Origin: Camelus dromedarius
Taxonomy: Eukaryota
Direction: 5' to 3'
Assembly (NCBI RefSeq): GCF_036321535.1
Contig: NC_087437.1
Span: forward strand, 108,378,001 to 108,442,000
DNA length: 64,000 nt
The translations under genes were made by a program, and so were the position numbers. The notes under the pieces are model-generated. The model was not told the DNA's origin. It did not search any database and was given only the letters and a program-made list of their open reading frames with translations. Of this stretch, positions 38,291-51,830 are shown piece after piece (the first letter of the stretch is position 1; the number at the start of each line of letters is the position of its first letter).

Positions 38291-39574
38291 AGGAGAGAAA
38301 ATTGAGGAAACTGTTTGCTGAGACACTGGATGAGAAAAGTTGACCTAATTTAACCCCAAGAACTAACCCAAGCATGCAGGTGTATCTGGTTTAATTTTGC
38401 ATACCTTCTCTGAAAAATGACTTACCAAGCAGAACTTCACATATTGCGGTTATAAAGATGAAATTTTTTCACTGGCTCCAGTGCACTTGGTTTAAATAGC
38501 GTTTCGTTTTGCTAAACTTTATTTTCGTTTGAAACTCCACAAATGTGAAATCATTTGAATCAAACCAGATGCAAGCATTCGGAAGACCCTGGAAGTTCCT
38601 GTCAGCCTGTTTCATGTGTGAAACAACTGAATTTCACTTCACTTCAGGTGAACTCTCATCTGAAGTGCCCCTTTCCCCTGACTGTCTTTTAAACTCCTTC
38701 ACCCTTACTATTTTGGGGGGAAAATCAAATAATCTTCAAAAAAGTTTTGCACTTATTCCTTAAAAATAAGTTTCTTTTTCCTTTGGCAACTGTAAAATAA
38801 TTCAGAAATACATGGGTAAGCACATTACATGTATGTGTAATGTTTGCATATTCAACTCACCCACACATACCCAATGTCCTCTTAGTTCACTGTAGTTTAT
38901 GTGGACCTATAATAACAGGCCAGTTCAGGAATGATGTATGCCTTAACATTAACAGAAACGTGAGGACAAAGTTTTCCATTGTCATATATCCTACTGTTTG
39001 GATATGTAAGCTTCTAAAGTGGTTGGCAAATGATACTTGTTCCAAATTCAACTTGGAACCCCAGCCTATCCTAAGCATAGTCTTTTTACTTATGCAGTAT
39101 AAAATACACAGAGATCTAGAAAACAAATGAATTTTTAACCATAGTATATCCTCCTTAACTATTCCTATTTTTCAGAAGCACCCACATTTCATATGTCCAT
39201 CTTTATACACAAACACTAATCAAAGGATGGAATTATTGTTATATCCACTTAGGGAAAATTATCTGTAAAAAATGTAAATGCAATGAGGAAAATGATGATA
39301 TACATTAAAATATAGACACATAGGAGAAAACAGTGTTTTTCTTTTAGATTCATGATGGGAAATCACACAGAAACACAATAAAATGTAGTCTCTTTGTCTT
39401 TTTTTTCCTCTTCTGAACCACTGTTGTAGTTTAGAGAGGAAGAGAGAAAGGCAGCGACTTTCTGCAGGTTAACCTGGCAGCCCTAGGGGGGTCCACTGGG
39501 TGACCTGACTAGGTGGCACTGTCGGTTTTGCTGGGATATTCAGAAAGCAGCCTTTACAAAACTAATGATCACAT

Positions 39575-39790
39575 GTACTCCATGTCTACTACATGCCAGG
39601 TATTTGGAAGCCATATTGATTCTCTCAACCATCTTTTATTTACCAAATGTCCTTAAACTCATTTTTCATATGAGGAAACAAGTTAAGCAGAAGCAAGTAG
39701 GTTGCCCTCCAAACTACAGAACAAATAAGAGACAGATTTAAATTTTAAAACTGGCCCATTCAAAACTTCATGCTTTTTCTACTATTAAAG
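39575..39790 (-). mobile_element. MIR SINE (diverged)
   Basis: 'ctactacatgccagg...ctcatttttcatatgaggaaac...catgctttttctacta'. Confidence 0.5.
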
Positions 39791-40015
39791 CCTGGAAGAA
39801 GAAAGCCCCAGGGCTCCTTTTTTTTCCCCCCCTTTTTCTTTTTAAATATTTCTATTCTACAGTTTGTTTCTTGGTGATTCCACAGCTGTCCATTTACTGG
39901 CCCATTTTAAATTAAAGATCCTTAGTTTCTCATGTCTTACTTGTTGATCAAAGTAGTGAATTCTATTTAAGAAAAGAAAACATTTAATTGAAGGAGGGTG
40001 GGAGGAGTGGGCCTC

Positions 40016-40489
40016 TCTTATGGGTTGAATGGTGGCTTCCAAAAATGATAGGTTGAAATCCAAACCCCAGTACCTCAGAGTGTGAACTGATTTGCAAATA
40101 GGGTCTTTATAAAGTTGATAAGGTAAAAATGAGGTCCTTAAGTTGGCCTCTAATCCAGTGTGACTGGACTGTTGTCCTTATAAAAAGGGAACATTTGGAC
40201 ACAGACAGATACACATAGAGGGAAGACAATGTGAAGAGACATCGGGAGAAGATGGCCCTCTGATTAAAGTGATGCATCTACAAGCCCAGGAACACCAAAA
40301 ATTGCCAGAAAATCACCAGAAGCCGAGATGAAGCAATGGAAAATCCATCTATAGTTTTCAGAGGGAATATAGCCCTGTGGACACTTTGATTTTGGACTTC
40401 CAACCTCCAGATCTGTGAGATAATAAAATCCTGTTGTTTTGAGTCACCGAGGTGGTGGTACTCTGTTATGGCCCTGGGAAACTAGTACA
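40016..40489 (+). mobile_element. MaLR LTR MLT1B/C-like solo LTR
   Basis: 'ttatgggttgaat...tttgcaaatagggtcttt...tgtccttataaaaagg...ttttggacttccaacctccaga...gccctgggaaactagtaca'; perfect 5-bp TSD gcctc (40011-40015 / 40490-40494). Confidence 0.9.
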
Positions 40490-40521
40490 GCCTCCAATTG
40501 ATGAAAATCGAGAACCACAAA

Positions 40522-40674
40522 GCCTTTCTCTTCCTCACAGTGTGATCCTGGGACCAGCCACACATGCACCATCTGGGAACAGCATGGGGCCCAGGCCAGA
40601 CCTATGCAGTCGAAATCTGCTTCTCACCAACCTCCCCAAGTGATTCACGTGAACATTCCTGGAGAAGCACTACT
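40522..40674. mobile_element. MER5-family MITE (internally deleted)
   Basis: 'ctcacagtgtgatcctgggaccagc...catctggga...ccagaccta...aatctgc...ctccccaagtgattc...gagaagcact'. Confidence 0.6.
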
Positions 40675-40997
40675 AGTGAGAAGAGGGGGTGCAAATGGGT
40701 TGGACGGTAAATTTTGATGATTTTCAAGAAAAAAAAAAAGAAGAGAGAAAAATATTGCCAGATGGAACTTCTGAAATGTTGTTGCAGGAGGACTGGAGGT
40801 TCTAGGAGGTGCCTGGAAGAGAGAAATGTGCGCAGCTCAGCAGGAAGTGAGTATCTTCACCAGCAAAAGCCAAAAATATCTCTCTGAAAGATGCAGGGAC
40901 CTGGAATGACCAAGAAGGAGAACAGGAGCAGACCCAGGATGACCTTGGGAAGGAAAAGCTGAAAATGGGTTCAAAACTAAAGGAAATTTTTTTTCAA

Positions 40998-41229
40998 AAA
41001 AATGATACAAATGAACTTATTTATAAAACAGAAAGAGGCTTACAGACATAGACCACAAATTTATGGTTACCAAAGGGGAAAGGTAGGGGAGGGATAAATT
41101 AGGATTTAGGGATTAGCAGATACAAACTACTGTATATAAAATAGATAGACAACTATGTCCTACTGTATAGAACAGGGAACTACATTCAATACCTTATAAT
41201 AGCCTATAATGGAAAAGAATATAGACATA

Positions 41230-41260
<31 letters not shown>

Positions 41261-41331
41261 CTGAATCACTATGCTGTACACCAGAAACTAACACAATGTT
41301 GTAAATCAACTATAAAAAAAAAAAAAAAAAA
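40998..41331 (+). mobile_element. 5'-truncated L1 3' UTR with internal (TG)n(TA)n and poly(A)
   Basis: 'aatgatacaaatgaacttatttataaaacagaa...gggataaattagga...tgctgtacaccagaaactaacacaatgttgtaaatcaactat' followed by an A tail. Confidence 0.92.
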
Positions 41332-42961
41332 CCACCCAGAAGCAGAAGAGCCATGGGTGGGCTCAAAGGAAGGTGGGTACATCTTCCTTTAGTGTCTGAA
41401 TAACCAGGGAGCTCCAGAGAAGCCTAGGACACAACAGAACTCTTGGTTGTCACACACCTTTTACAAAGCCTTTTTATTAGTTCATATTAAGCAAATTTTG
41501 TCCTGTTAACTACCTTTTTCTCAAAAGTACTGAGTAAGGAGCACATCTCAAGAGGAAGCCCTAAACTGTCTAGCAATTTTGCCCAGAAGTTCTGGGTCAG
41601 GATTGGAACTGGACTTGCTCCTTTCAAAGCTCATGGGCCTGACTCAAGTTAGAGTCACTTGCTGAGATGTGGGAACTTGTTCAACATACACAGGAAGATA
41701 AGGGGCCTAAAATAAAGGAAACATGATTGATCCCAGCTGAGATTTGAAAAAAGGGGTGAAAATGCAAGGAGTCTGTTCCAGATAGCAAAAGTGAGAGAGA
41801 GGAAACTTCTCAATCTGAGGCTTAGCTTGGAGAGACCTCTGAGATACAGAAAATGCCCAGAGCCTGAAAATAGGTTGATGAAGGGCTGAAATGGGTAAAC
41901 CTTAGCCACTGCTTTCTTCTAAGCAGATCCACATCCTACCCAGGTGAGAAAATTCTAATCAGAGTAGCTGTAAGTGGTCCATACAGTTTCAAATTGAGGG
42001 CTAGAAATTCTTGATTCCTTCCTTTTCCCATTTATGGACACCACATGCCAAAAATCAATATATTACAGTAACAAATAATTTGAATCCTTGGCTAGAAATA
42101 ATCCAAATCTTCAAATTCTTAATTTTAAATCTCTCAAAAATAGAACAAACCAATAAGTCACATACAGGCCTTTATTTAACTCTGACAAAATCAAATCATC
42201 CATCCATTTTTAATTCTCTTTTCAACTTTGTAGCACTTAAAATATTCACTGGAGATTAAAAAAACTAAATACACATCAATAAAAATTCTGTTACAGAATA
42301 AAATATCTGTTTTATATATTAGAGAGATTGCTGAAAACAGTTGTACACTGTTTTCTTATGAGTTTATTTGGATTGTATATGAGTTTATTTGGGATTCTTA
42401 TTTTGTGTAATAACTAGGTGGGGTAGCCAAAAAATTCTGTTGAACTATTAAGATGAGAATTCTAAGATGAGAATTCTAAACAGTCCACTTTGAGAACAAA
42501 TGAGATTGTCATATCAACACTTAATAACTATAACACGGATTGCAAAACATTGAAAGGCAGAAAAAAAAAAACCCTCTGGAAATACTATCTTCCACCACCC
42601 TCTCCCACATACACACAGCCAAGATGCATTGCATTTTTTTTTAACACAGGAAACATTTGTGGGACAAACGTGGAATAGGAAGAATTGTATCATGCTCCCA
42701 AGTCAGCTGAATTTGAAATAAATCAGAAGTTAAAGACACTGATACCCTTGTCCTGTTTCTCCCCTTTCTGCTTGTTGTTTTCAAGGACCAATTAAAAAAC
42801 CAAGTAACCTTCCATGACCTCTCCCTCTGAATTTCAATTGTCTGAACCAATTCACTATTTCCATTTCTTGGTGTGAATTTTAATGCATACATATATATGC
42901 TGTGAAGCTGTGAAGATGAATGTCTTCAGACACTGGGCCTGGAATCTTAACATAAAGACTA

Positions 42962-43202
42962 TTGGTAGGAATGTGGCTTAGTGCAGCCATTATGGAAAAC
43001 AGTATGGAGATTCTTCTAAAAACTGAAAATAAATTTATCCTATGATCCAATAATCCCACTCCTGGGCATATATCTAGAGAAAACTCTAATTCAAAAAGTT
43101 ATATGCATCCCAGTGTTCACAGCAGCACTATTTGCAGTAGCCAAGAAATGGGAAGCAGTCTAAATGTCCATCAATAGACGAATGGATAAAGTAGTGAGAT
43201 TT

Positions 43203-43241
<39 letters not shown>

Positions 43242-43888
43242 CATATTCACTGGAGATTCTGTTACTTTCCCTTGGCTTCAGAGAACTTCCTTTACTTTCC
43301 CTTGGCTTCAGAGAACTTCCTTTTCCCTTCCTTAAATTTTTATTGATGTGTATTTAAATTTTTTAAATCTCCAGTGAATATGTGTAAGATACACACACAC
43401 ACACACACACACACCTCTCACACAATGGAATACTACTAAACCATAAAAAAGGATGGAATAATGCCATTTGCAGCAACATGGATGGACCTAGAGATCATCA
43501 AACTAACTGAAATAAGCTAGAAAGAGAAAGAAAAATACCATATGATATCATTTATATGTAGAATCTTAAAAAAAAAAAGGACACAAATGAACTTACTTAT
43601 AAAACAGACACAGACTCACAGACATAGAAAACAAACTTGTGGTTACTTGTGGGGAAAGGGAGTGGGGAGGGATAAATTGGGAGTTCAGGATTTGTAGATA
43701 CTAACTGCTATAAATAAAATAAACAAGGCCCTACTGTATAGCACAGGAAACTATATTCAATACCTTGTAATGGCCTATAATGAAAAAGAATATGAAAAGA
43801 AATACATGTATATGTATAAATGAATCACTATGCTGTACACCAGAAATTAACATAGCATTGTAAATTGATTATACTTCGATTAAAAAAA
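42962..43888 (+). mobile_element. 5'-truncated L1 (ORF2 C-terminus plus 3' UTR) with a complex insert at 43239-43385
   Basis: 'gtgcagccattatggaaaacagtatggagatt', 'atgccatttgcagcaacatggatggacctagag', L1 3' UTR and A tail; TSD aaagacta (42954-42961 / 43889-43896). Confidence 0.93.
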
Positions 43889-46765
43889 AAAGACTAGATT
43901 ATTAGTAGTTTGCTTATGTTATCGTTTGAAATAGTCTGATTCAAATACTATGAGAGGGTTGAAGATCTAATGATGCATTTTAAGTAGAAAGACTGCAGCC
44001 AAGATGGTCAACAAGCACCCATCCTGTTCCATCTTCATGCAGCAGCCTCATAGGTACCATGTGCTCATGAGGGAATTCTATTCCTAACAACTCCTGGAAT
44101 AAAAGCAGTCTCAGGATGGTCATTGCTTTTTTTTTTTCTCAAAGTTTTTTTTATCAAGAGTTGTGACCATGTCTTGTGAATGCATCACTATTGAGCTTTC
44201 TTTTCCCAGGGAAGCCCAGAATCATTCACTGTGTTGAAGAAACTTTTCTCAGAAAGGCCAAGATGAACCCAGTATGCGTCATAAAACAAGTTTTCAAGCT
44301 GCCAACCTTGACTTGGCTAAACGCTCCTATATAACTATGGGCTTATGACTTAACACTGTCTCATTCCAGTCTCCAGACAGTTGGAAGAAGTAGGGAAAAT
44401 GATGTCGGGCAAACTCATATGATGCATTTGTTTCATACGGACACAGTCATCAAGTTAGAAGTAGACCTCTTGCTCCAAATAGACTCTTCAGAGCAACCTG
44501 GAACTTCACCCTCTTGGTCATTATAATATACAGCACATCATTATTGCTAAGCCAGTTCCTTCTAGCCCGCCCTCCCTCCCTCCTTCACTGTAAAGCAAAA
44601 TTGCCCATGTAACACTTTCACAAATGTTAAAAACAGAACTGTGTTTTATGATTTTCTTGGCATTGCTTCATAACTCCAGTCATTCCTTCCTTCTCTTCAA
44701 ACTTGATGAAATCATAACAATTCATAACCTTGGATTAGAATGGTTGTGTGATACACTTTTGTAGCAGCAATAAGCCTATTATATTACCCATATAAATGGG
44801 CTTAAAAATAATAGTGATATCCTTAACTAAGTCTAGTGTGTCAGAGAATCATAAGACTTCAGTCATATTTAATACCGTTAAAATTAAGCCAGCATAAATG
44901 CATCGAGCTTTGGAAGTCACAGGCTTTCTGTTTCTGGAGAGGACAAAGAGGTGTCAGGATGACTATCTGTCACAGATGTTTTGGATAAGAAGTGAGACTC
45001 TAACCTATGCATCTTCAAATTCTCTGAAGTCAGGATTCTAACACAGAGGGCAAAATGACTGGGAAACAAAAAAGAGTGAGAGATGATGAATCTGAAGTAA
45101 AATAATTTAATGTTAAAGAGTCATGTCAAGATAAAATGCCAGCTCAAAGGTGCCAAGATAGCAGAGTAGAGAGACTCACAGCTTGCCCTCTCCCATAAAT
45201 ACACCAAGAATTACATCTACAAATCCACTGAATCACACAGGACACCTGTTGAACTCTGGCAGAGTATCTCTGGCTTCAAAACACAGGAGGATTCTCACAA
45301 AATCCAGCGAGAGAAAAAAAAAAAAAAGAAAAGAGAAAGAAAATCATTGCCTGACCAGCCCTGCAGGGAAGGAGTGGCAAAGGAAGAAAGACACCTTCCT
45401 GCTGAGACGCCCCCTCTCCAGCTGGGAGGTCAGCAGGGACAGAAGCAGAGCTGCCAAGTCTCAGAGGAGAAAATGGTAGCTGCTTGGAAGATAGAACTAA
45501 GAGAAACTGGCACAGAGGGTCCTTCAGACCCCCCAGCCCTAGACACAAGCAGGCAAGGACAGGCTGGGATTTGCTGATGGAGACTGGTGATAAGGCCAGG
45601 AGAGGGCTGGGGCCCACTGCACAGAGGCAGCCTCAGAAGACTGGAAGGCAGTGTAAGCTCACTGGAGGGGTGTGTGCAACAGAACAGGCTGGGACCCCAA
45701 CAGAAAAGCACCACTGCTGGTTTGTGTGACAGGGAGGGGTGTAACATAGCCTCACCATAGATGCTATCTCCATTTGGCTCCATTGTTGGTGTGTTCTTAC
45801 AAGAAGAGAGGTAAGGCTCAGTCATAGCCATCACTGCTTCATGGAGACAAGGCTGAAAGCTAAATCCATACCCAGGGTCCCTGAAACTTCACAGACAAGA
45901 CTGAGATTTGTTTACAGCCCCAGGCAGATAGGATGGATTTTCTCCACTGGTGCCATTGTGAACCTGCACCTCTGAGATAAACAGGCAATGAGTGGAGTTC
46001 TGACGCACTGTAGGGGTGAGTACAGGTATTTACAATAGCCCAGCATACCATACCATATGCAGAGGTGGGGCTGGGGTCCACACTGACCCTGTGGCGCACC
46101 ACAGATTCAGGTGTGTGACTGAACACTTGCTACAGCAGGTCCTAGTGCCTGACATTGGCAGATCTGCACTGGTGGTTCCTGGGACCCAGAACCTGGGGGA
46201 CACCAGAGCAGTTTGCAGACATTTCCACAGCTAAGGTGGGAACAAAGGCAGTGTAACAAAGAGTACTTTGTAAGCCCACATAATAAGTGACAGACGGCAC
46301 CACAGAGGGCACTTCCCAGTGGACATCTTCTGCAGTGGTATACTCAGACTCTTCTTCCCAGCTGAAATGCTCCAACCCTGCCTACCACACACCACAGTTC
46401 AGAAATGGGTCTAGAAGCCTCCATTCCAGCAACAGGGGAGCAGACTCAGCCGTGTCAAGGCTGTGACAACCACAGAACAAAATAGAAGGCCCTGCTCAAC
46501 AACAACAGTCATGGCAGGCTCTGATCACCACAGCACCAACCACACCCCCAACAAAGGAATAACAGCCAACACACATGGAAGAAACACACAACAACCATCC
46601 ATACTAAGAACAGCCCTTGCAACAAACTATTAGATGTGCACAGTCTACACAGGAATGTTCCCACTTTAAATAAAAACAAACAAACAACAACAAACAAAAA
46701 AGCCCTTCAAGACCAGTACATAACCAATACTCCTAAATCCATAGAGCCAAAGAAATATAAGTAAA

Positions 46766-47651
46766 ATGAAGAAGCAGAGGAACCACTCCCAATTAAAAGA
46801 ACAAGAGAAATCCTCTGAAAGAACAAATAATGAGAGAGACCTCAGCAGTCTACTAGATCACTTCAAAAAGGGGGTAATAAGAGCACTGAAGGAAATAAGA
46901 GAGACTATAAACAGAGACAGAGAATACTACATAAAGGAAATAAAAACTATAAAGAGGAACCAGTTAAAAACAGAAAACTCAATGGCTGAGAAAAGAGCTG
47001 AGCTAAAGGCAGTCAAAAGCAGACCAGATAATGCAGAGGAATGAATAAGTGATTTAAAGGACAGAATAACAAAAGTCACCCAATCAGAACAACAGACAGA
47101 AAAGCAAGTAAAATAAATAAAAGCAATATAAGGGACCTATAGAATAACATAAAACATGGAACTTATGCATAATAGGGATCCCAGAAGAAGAAGAAAGAGA
47201 AAAGGGGATTGAAAAGGTATTTGAAGAAATCATGACTGAAAACTTCCCAAACCTAAAGAAGGAAACAGATATTCAAGTACAGGAAGAATAGAGGGTCTCA
47301 AACAAGAAGAACCCAAACAGACCCACACAAGACATGATTTAATTAAGATGCCCAAAGTTAAAGATAAAGAAATGATTCTAAAAACAGCAAGATAAAAATA
47401 AAGAGTAAGTTACAAGGGAACCCCCATAAGGCTTTCAACTGATTTCACTTCACAAACACTGCTGGCCAGAAGGGAGTGACAAGATATATTCAAAATCCTG
47501 AATGAAAAAAAGCTGCAACCTAGGATACCCTATGCATCAAGACCATCCATTAGAATAGAAGGAGAGATGAAGAATTTCACAAACAAGTAAACTAAAAGAA
47601 TTCAGCAATACTAAAGCCATCCTAAAAGAAATATTGAAAGGTCTATTCTAA
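46766..47651 (+). pseudogene. L1 ORF1p (RNA-binding chaperone), disrupted
   Basis: MKKQRNHSQLKEQEKS... coiled-coil N-terminus; premature TGA at 47042-47044; downstream L1 ORF1-like sequence (IGIPEEEE, FEEIMTENFPNL, YKGTPIRLS); ends '...ggtctattcTAA'. Confidence 0.88.
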
Positions 47652-48091
47652 ATAGAAAAGAAGCAGGAAGCTATAGAAATGAGAAAAACATAATTGGAAG
47701 TGTAATAACTACAATGAGTTGCAAGAGAATAAACATGTAGATGTTAAAAAAAAAAGGACATAAAAATCATAAAAGGTGGGAGAGAAGAGCAAGAAAATAT
47801 AGATTTATTTCTTTCTCTTCTTCTTTTTTTTTTTTTTTCTTTGTTCTTTTTAGGAACAAAGCTTTTTTGGAGCTTACATAATTATCAGTCTGAAGCAAAT
47901 AGATACAGTAATGGGTTAACATATTTGAAAAACAGGGTAACCAAAAATCAAAAGCATATAATAGAGCCACAAAAACCAAAAAGAAACTAAACTAATACAA
48001 AAGAAATTTATCAAACCACAAAAAGAAAACCAAAAAGGAAAAGAAAGGAACAAAGAAGAAATACCAAATCAACTGGAAAACAAAATTCAAA

Positions 48092-51000
48092 ATGGCAATA
48101 CACACACATCTATCAATAATTACTATAAATATCAATGGACTAAATGCTCCAATTAAAAGACACAGAGTGGCAGATTGGATAATAAAACAAAAGCTACAAT
48201 ATGTTTCCTACAAAGACACACTTTAGAGAAAAAGACACACAAAGACTGAAGATGAGAGGATGGAAAAAGATATTTCATGCAAATAGAAATAACAAGAAAG
48301 CAAGAGTAGCAATACTCATATCAGACAAAATCAATTTTAAATAAAAGGTCATAAAGAAACATAAGGAAGGACACTACATAATGATCAAAGGATCATTACA
48401 AGATGAGGATATTATACTCATTAATATATATGCACCCAATATAGGAGCACCTGAATATATAAAACAGATACTGACAGACATAAAAGGAGGAACTGATGGG
48501 AATACAATAAAATAGGAGACTTTAACACACCACTAACATCATTGGACAGGTCTTCCAGAAAGAAAGTCAATAAGGCAATGGAGATACTAAATGACACAAT
48601 AGAACAGTTGGAATTGACTGATATTTTTAGGACTTTATATCCCCCTAAAACAGAATATACATTCTTTTCAAGTGTTCATGGAACATTTTCTAGGATAGAT
48701 AACATACTTGGGCACAGAAGAAGCCTCAACAAATTTAAGAGGTAAAAATTATTTCAAGCATCTTCTCTGACCACAATGGAATGAAACTAGAAATCAACCA
48801 CAGAAAAACAAATGAGAAAAAAATGACAGTATGGACATTAAACAACATGCTATTAAAAAAAAAAAAAAACAACAGGTCAATGATGAAATCAAAAGAGAAA
48901 TTAAAAATACCTTGAGACAAATGATAATGAAAACACAACCACACAGAATCTATGGGATGCAACATAAGCTGTCCTTAGAGGGAAGTTCATAGTGATACAG
49001 GCCTTCCTCAAAAAACAAGAACAATCTCAAATAAACAACCTAACTTATCACCTAGAAGAATTAGAAAAAGAAGAACAAACAAAACCTAAAACCTAAAGTC
49101 AGCAGAAGGAAAGAAATAATAAAGATCAGAGATCAACCCAAGAGCTGGTTTTTTGAAAGAGTAAACAAATCTGACAAACCTCTAGCCAGGTTCACCAAGA
49201 AGAAAAGAGAGAGGATACAAATAAACTAAGAAATTAAAATGGAAAAATTACAAACAACACCACAGAAATAAACAAGTAGTAAGAGAATACTATGAACTAC
49301 CATATACAATAAATTGGACAACTTAGGAGAAATGCCCAAGTTCCTAGAAACATACAGTCCACCAAAACTGAATCAAGAAGAAATAGATCACTTGAACAGA
49401 CCAAGAGTGAAGTAGAATCAGCAATAAAAAACCACCCTGCAAACAAAAGTCTAAGGCTAGATGGTGCCACTACGGAATTCCATCAAACATACAAAGAAGA
49501 TCTCATATCGATCCTTCTTAAGCTTGTCCAAAAGACTGAAGAGAAGAAAATACTCCCAAACTCATTCTATGAAGCAATCATCACCCTGATACCAAAGCCA
49601 GACAAAAAGAAAACTATAGGCCAATATTGTTGATGAACATAGATACAAAAATCCTTAACAAAGTATTAGGAAACAGAATCCAACAACACATAAAAAAGAT
49701 TATACACCATGATCAGGTTGGATTCATCCCAGGGACACAAGGATGGTCCAACATACGCAAATCAATCAACATGATATACTACGAGAGAGAGGGCAAAAAT
49801 CACATGATCATCTCAATAGATGCAGAAAAAGCATTTGATAACAACACCCACTTATGATAAAAACTTTAACCAAAGTGGGTATAGAGGGAACATATCTCAA
49901 CATAATAAAAACTAGTTCTGACAACCCACAACCAGCATAATACTCAATGGTGAAAAGCTGAAAGCCTTCCCACTAAAAGCTAGAATAAGATAAGGATGCC
50001 CACTCTCACCACTTCTATTCAATATAGTATTGGAAGTCCTAACCAACATGGTTAGACAAGAAAAAGAAATAAAAGAAATCCAAATTGGAAGAGAAGAGGT
50101 AAAATCGTCATTACATGTGGATGACATGGTACCATATACAGAAAATCCTAAAGGCTCCACACAAAAACTACTAGAGCTTATAAAAGAATTCAGCAAGGTA
50201 GCAAGATACAAGATTAACACACAGAATTCAGTGGCATTTCTTTACACTAACAGTGAAATATCAGTAAAAGAAAATAAAGAAACAATTGCTTTTAACATTG
50301 CATCCAAAAAATAAAATACTTAGAAATAAATCTGACCAAGGAAGTGATAGACTTACATGTAGAGAAGTATAAAACATGGATTAAGGAAATTAAAGATGAT
50401 TTAAAGAAATGGAAATATATCCCATGTTCTTGGATGGGAAGAATCAATATTATTAAATTGGCCATGCTACCCAAAGCAATCAACAGATTTAATGCAATCC
50501 CTATCAAATTGCCCAGGACATTTTTCACAGAACTAGAACAAATAATCCTAAAATTTATATGGAATCAAAAAAGACTCAGAGTCATCAAAGCAATACTGAA
50601 GAAAAAGAGCAAAGGTGGAGGAATAGCCCTCACAGACTTCAGCCAATATTACAAATCTACAGTAATCAAAACAGCATAGTATCAGTACAAAAACAGACAT
50701 ATGGACCAATGGAACACAATACACAGCCCAGAAATAAACCCACAAACTTTTGGTCAATTAATCTTTGACAAAGGAGGCAAGAACATACCATACAGTCTCT
50801 TCAGCAAATGGTGCGGGGAAAACTGGACAGCAGCATGTAAATCAACAAAGCTAGAACACTCCCTTACACCATATACAAAAATAAACTCAAAATGGATTAA
50901 GACTTAAACATAAAACATGACATTATAAACCTCTTAGAAGAAAACACATGCAAAACATTATCCGACATAAATCTCAGCAATGTTCTCCTAGGGCAGTCTA

Positions 51001-51830
51001 CCCAGGCAACAAAAATAAAAGCAAAAATAAACAAATTGGACCTAATTAAACTTATAAGCTTTTGCACAGCAAAGGAAACCGTAAGTGAAACAGAAAGACA
51101 ACCTACAGAATGGGAGAAAATATTTGCAAAAGATAAGTCTGATAAGGGCTTAATCTCCAGAATATATAAACAGCTCATACAACTTAATAAGAAAAAACAA
51201 ACAACCCAGTCCAAAAATGGGCAGAAGACCTAAACAAGCAATTCTCCAATGAAGATATATGAACAGCCAATAGGCACATGAAGAAATGTTCAGTATCTAA
51301 TTATCAGAGAAATGCAAATCAAAACCACAGTGAGGTTTCACCTTACACCAATCAAAATGGCCATCATTCAAATGTCCACAAACGATAAATGCTGGAGAGG
51401 CTGTGGAGAAAAGGGAACCCTCCCACACTGTTGATGGGAATGTAGTTTGGGGCAGCCATTATAGAAAACAGTATGGAGATTCCTCAAAAGACTAAAAGTA
51501 GATTTATCATATGACCCAGCAACCCCACTGCTGGCCATACATCCAGAGGGAACCTTAATTCAAAAAGATACTTGCACCCCAATATTCATAGCAGCACTAT
51601 TTACAATAGCTGACACTTGGAAAAACATAAATGTCCATCAGCAGATGACTGGATAAAGAAGTTGTGATATATTTGTACAATGGGATCCTACTCAGCCATA
51701 AAAAATAATAAAATATGCCATTTGTAGCAACACAATGGACCCGGAAATTGTCATTCTAAGTGAAGTAAGCAAGAGAAGGAAAGAAAAATTCCATATAATA
51801 TCACTTACAAGTGGAATTTTAAAAAAATAA
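48092..51830 (+). pseudogene. L1 ORF2p (APE endonuclease, reverse transcriptase, Cys-rich domain), many stops and frameshifts
   Basis: Starts MAIHTHLSIITININGLNAPIKRHRVADWI; ORF-track pieces [57 protein letters not shown] (FADD site mutated), [28 protein letters not shown] knuckle near 51390. Confidence 0.95.

Noticed and set aside
39503..39522. CTCF-like 'ctgactaggtggcactg'
   Set aside because: Lacks the conserved 5' CC of the core; weak single-motif evidence.
43262..43321. 30-bp direct repeat as a possible CRISPR array
   Set aside because: Only two adjacent copies, no spacers, no cas genes, mammalian context.
45183..46375. Overlapping ORFs of up to 134 aa in the L1 5' UTR, including antisense (ORF0-like?)
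   Set aside because: Higher GC content lowers stop frequency; no recognisable similarity; conservation cannot be judged from one decayed copy.
48092..51830. Reverse transcriptase as a retron, DGR or other novel RT system
   Set aside because: Collinear with standard L1 ORF2 and disrupted by stops and frameshifts.
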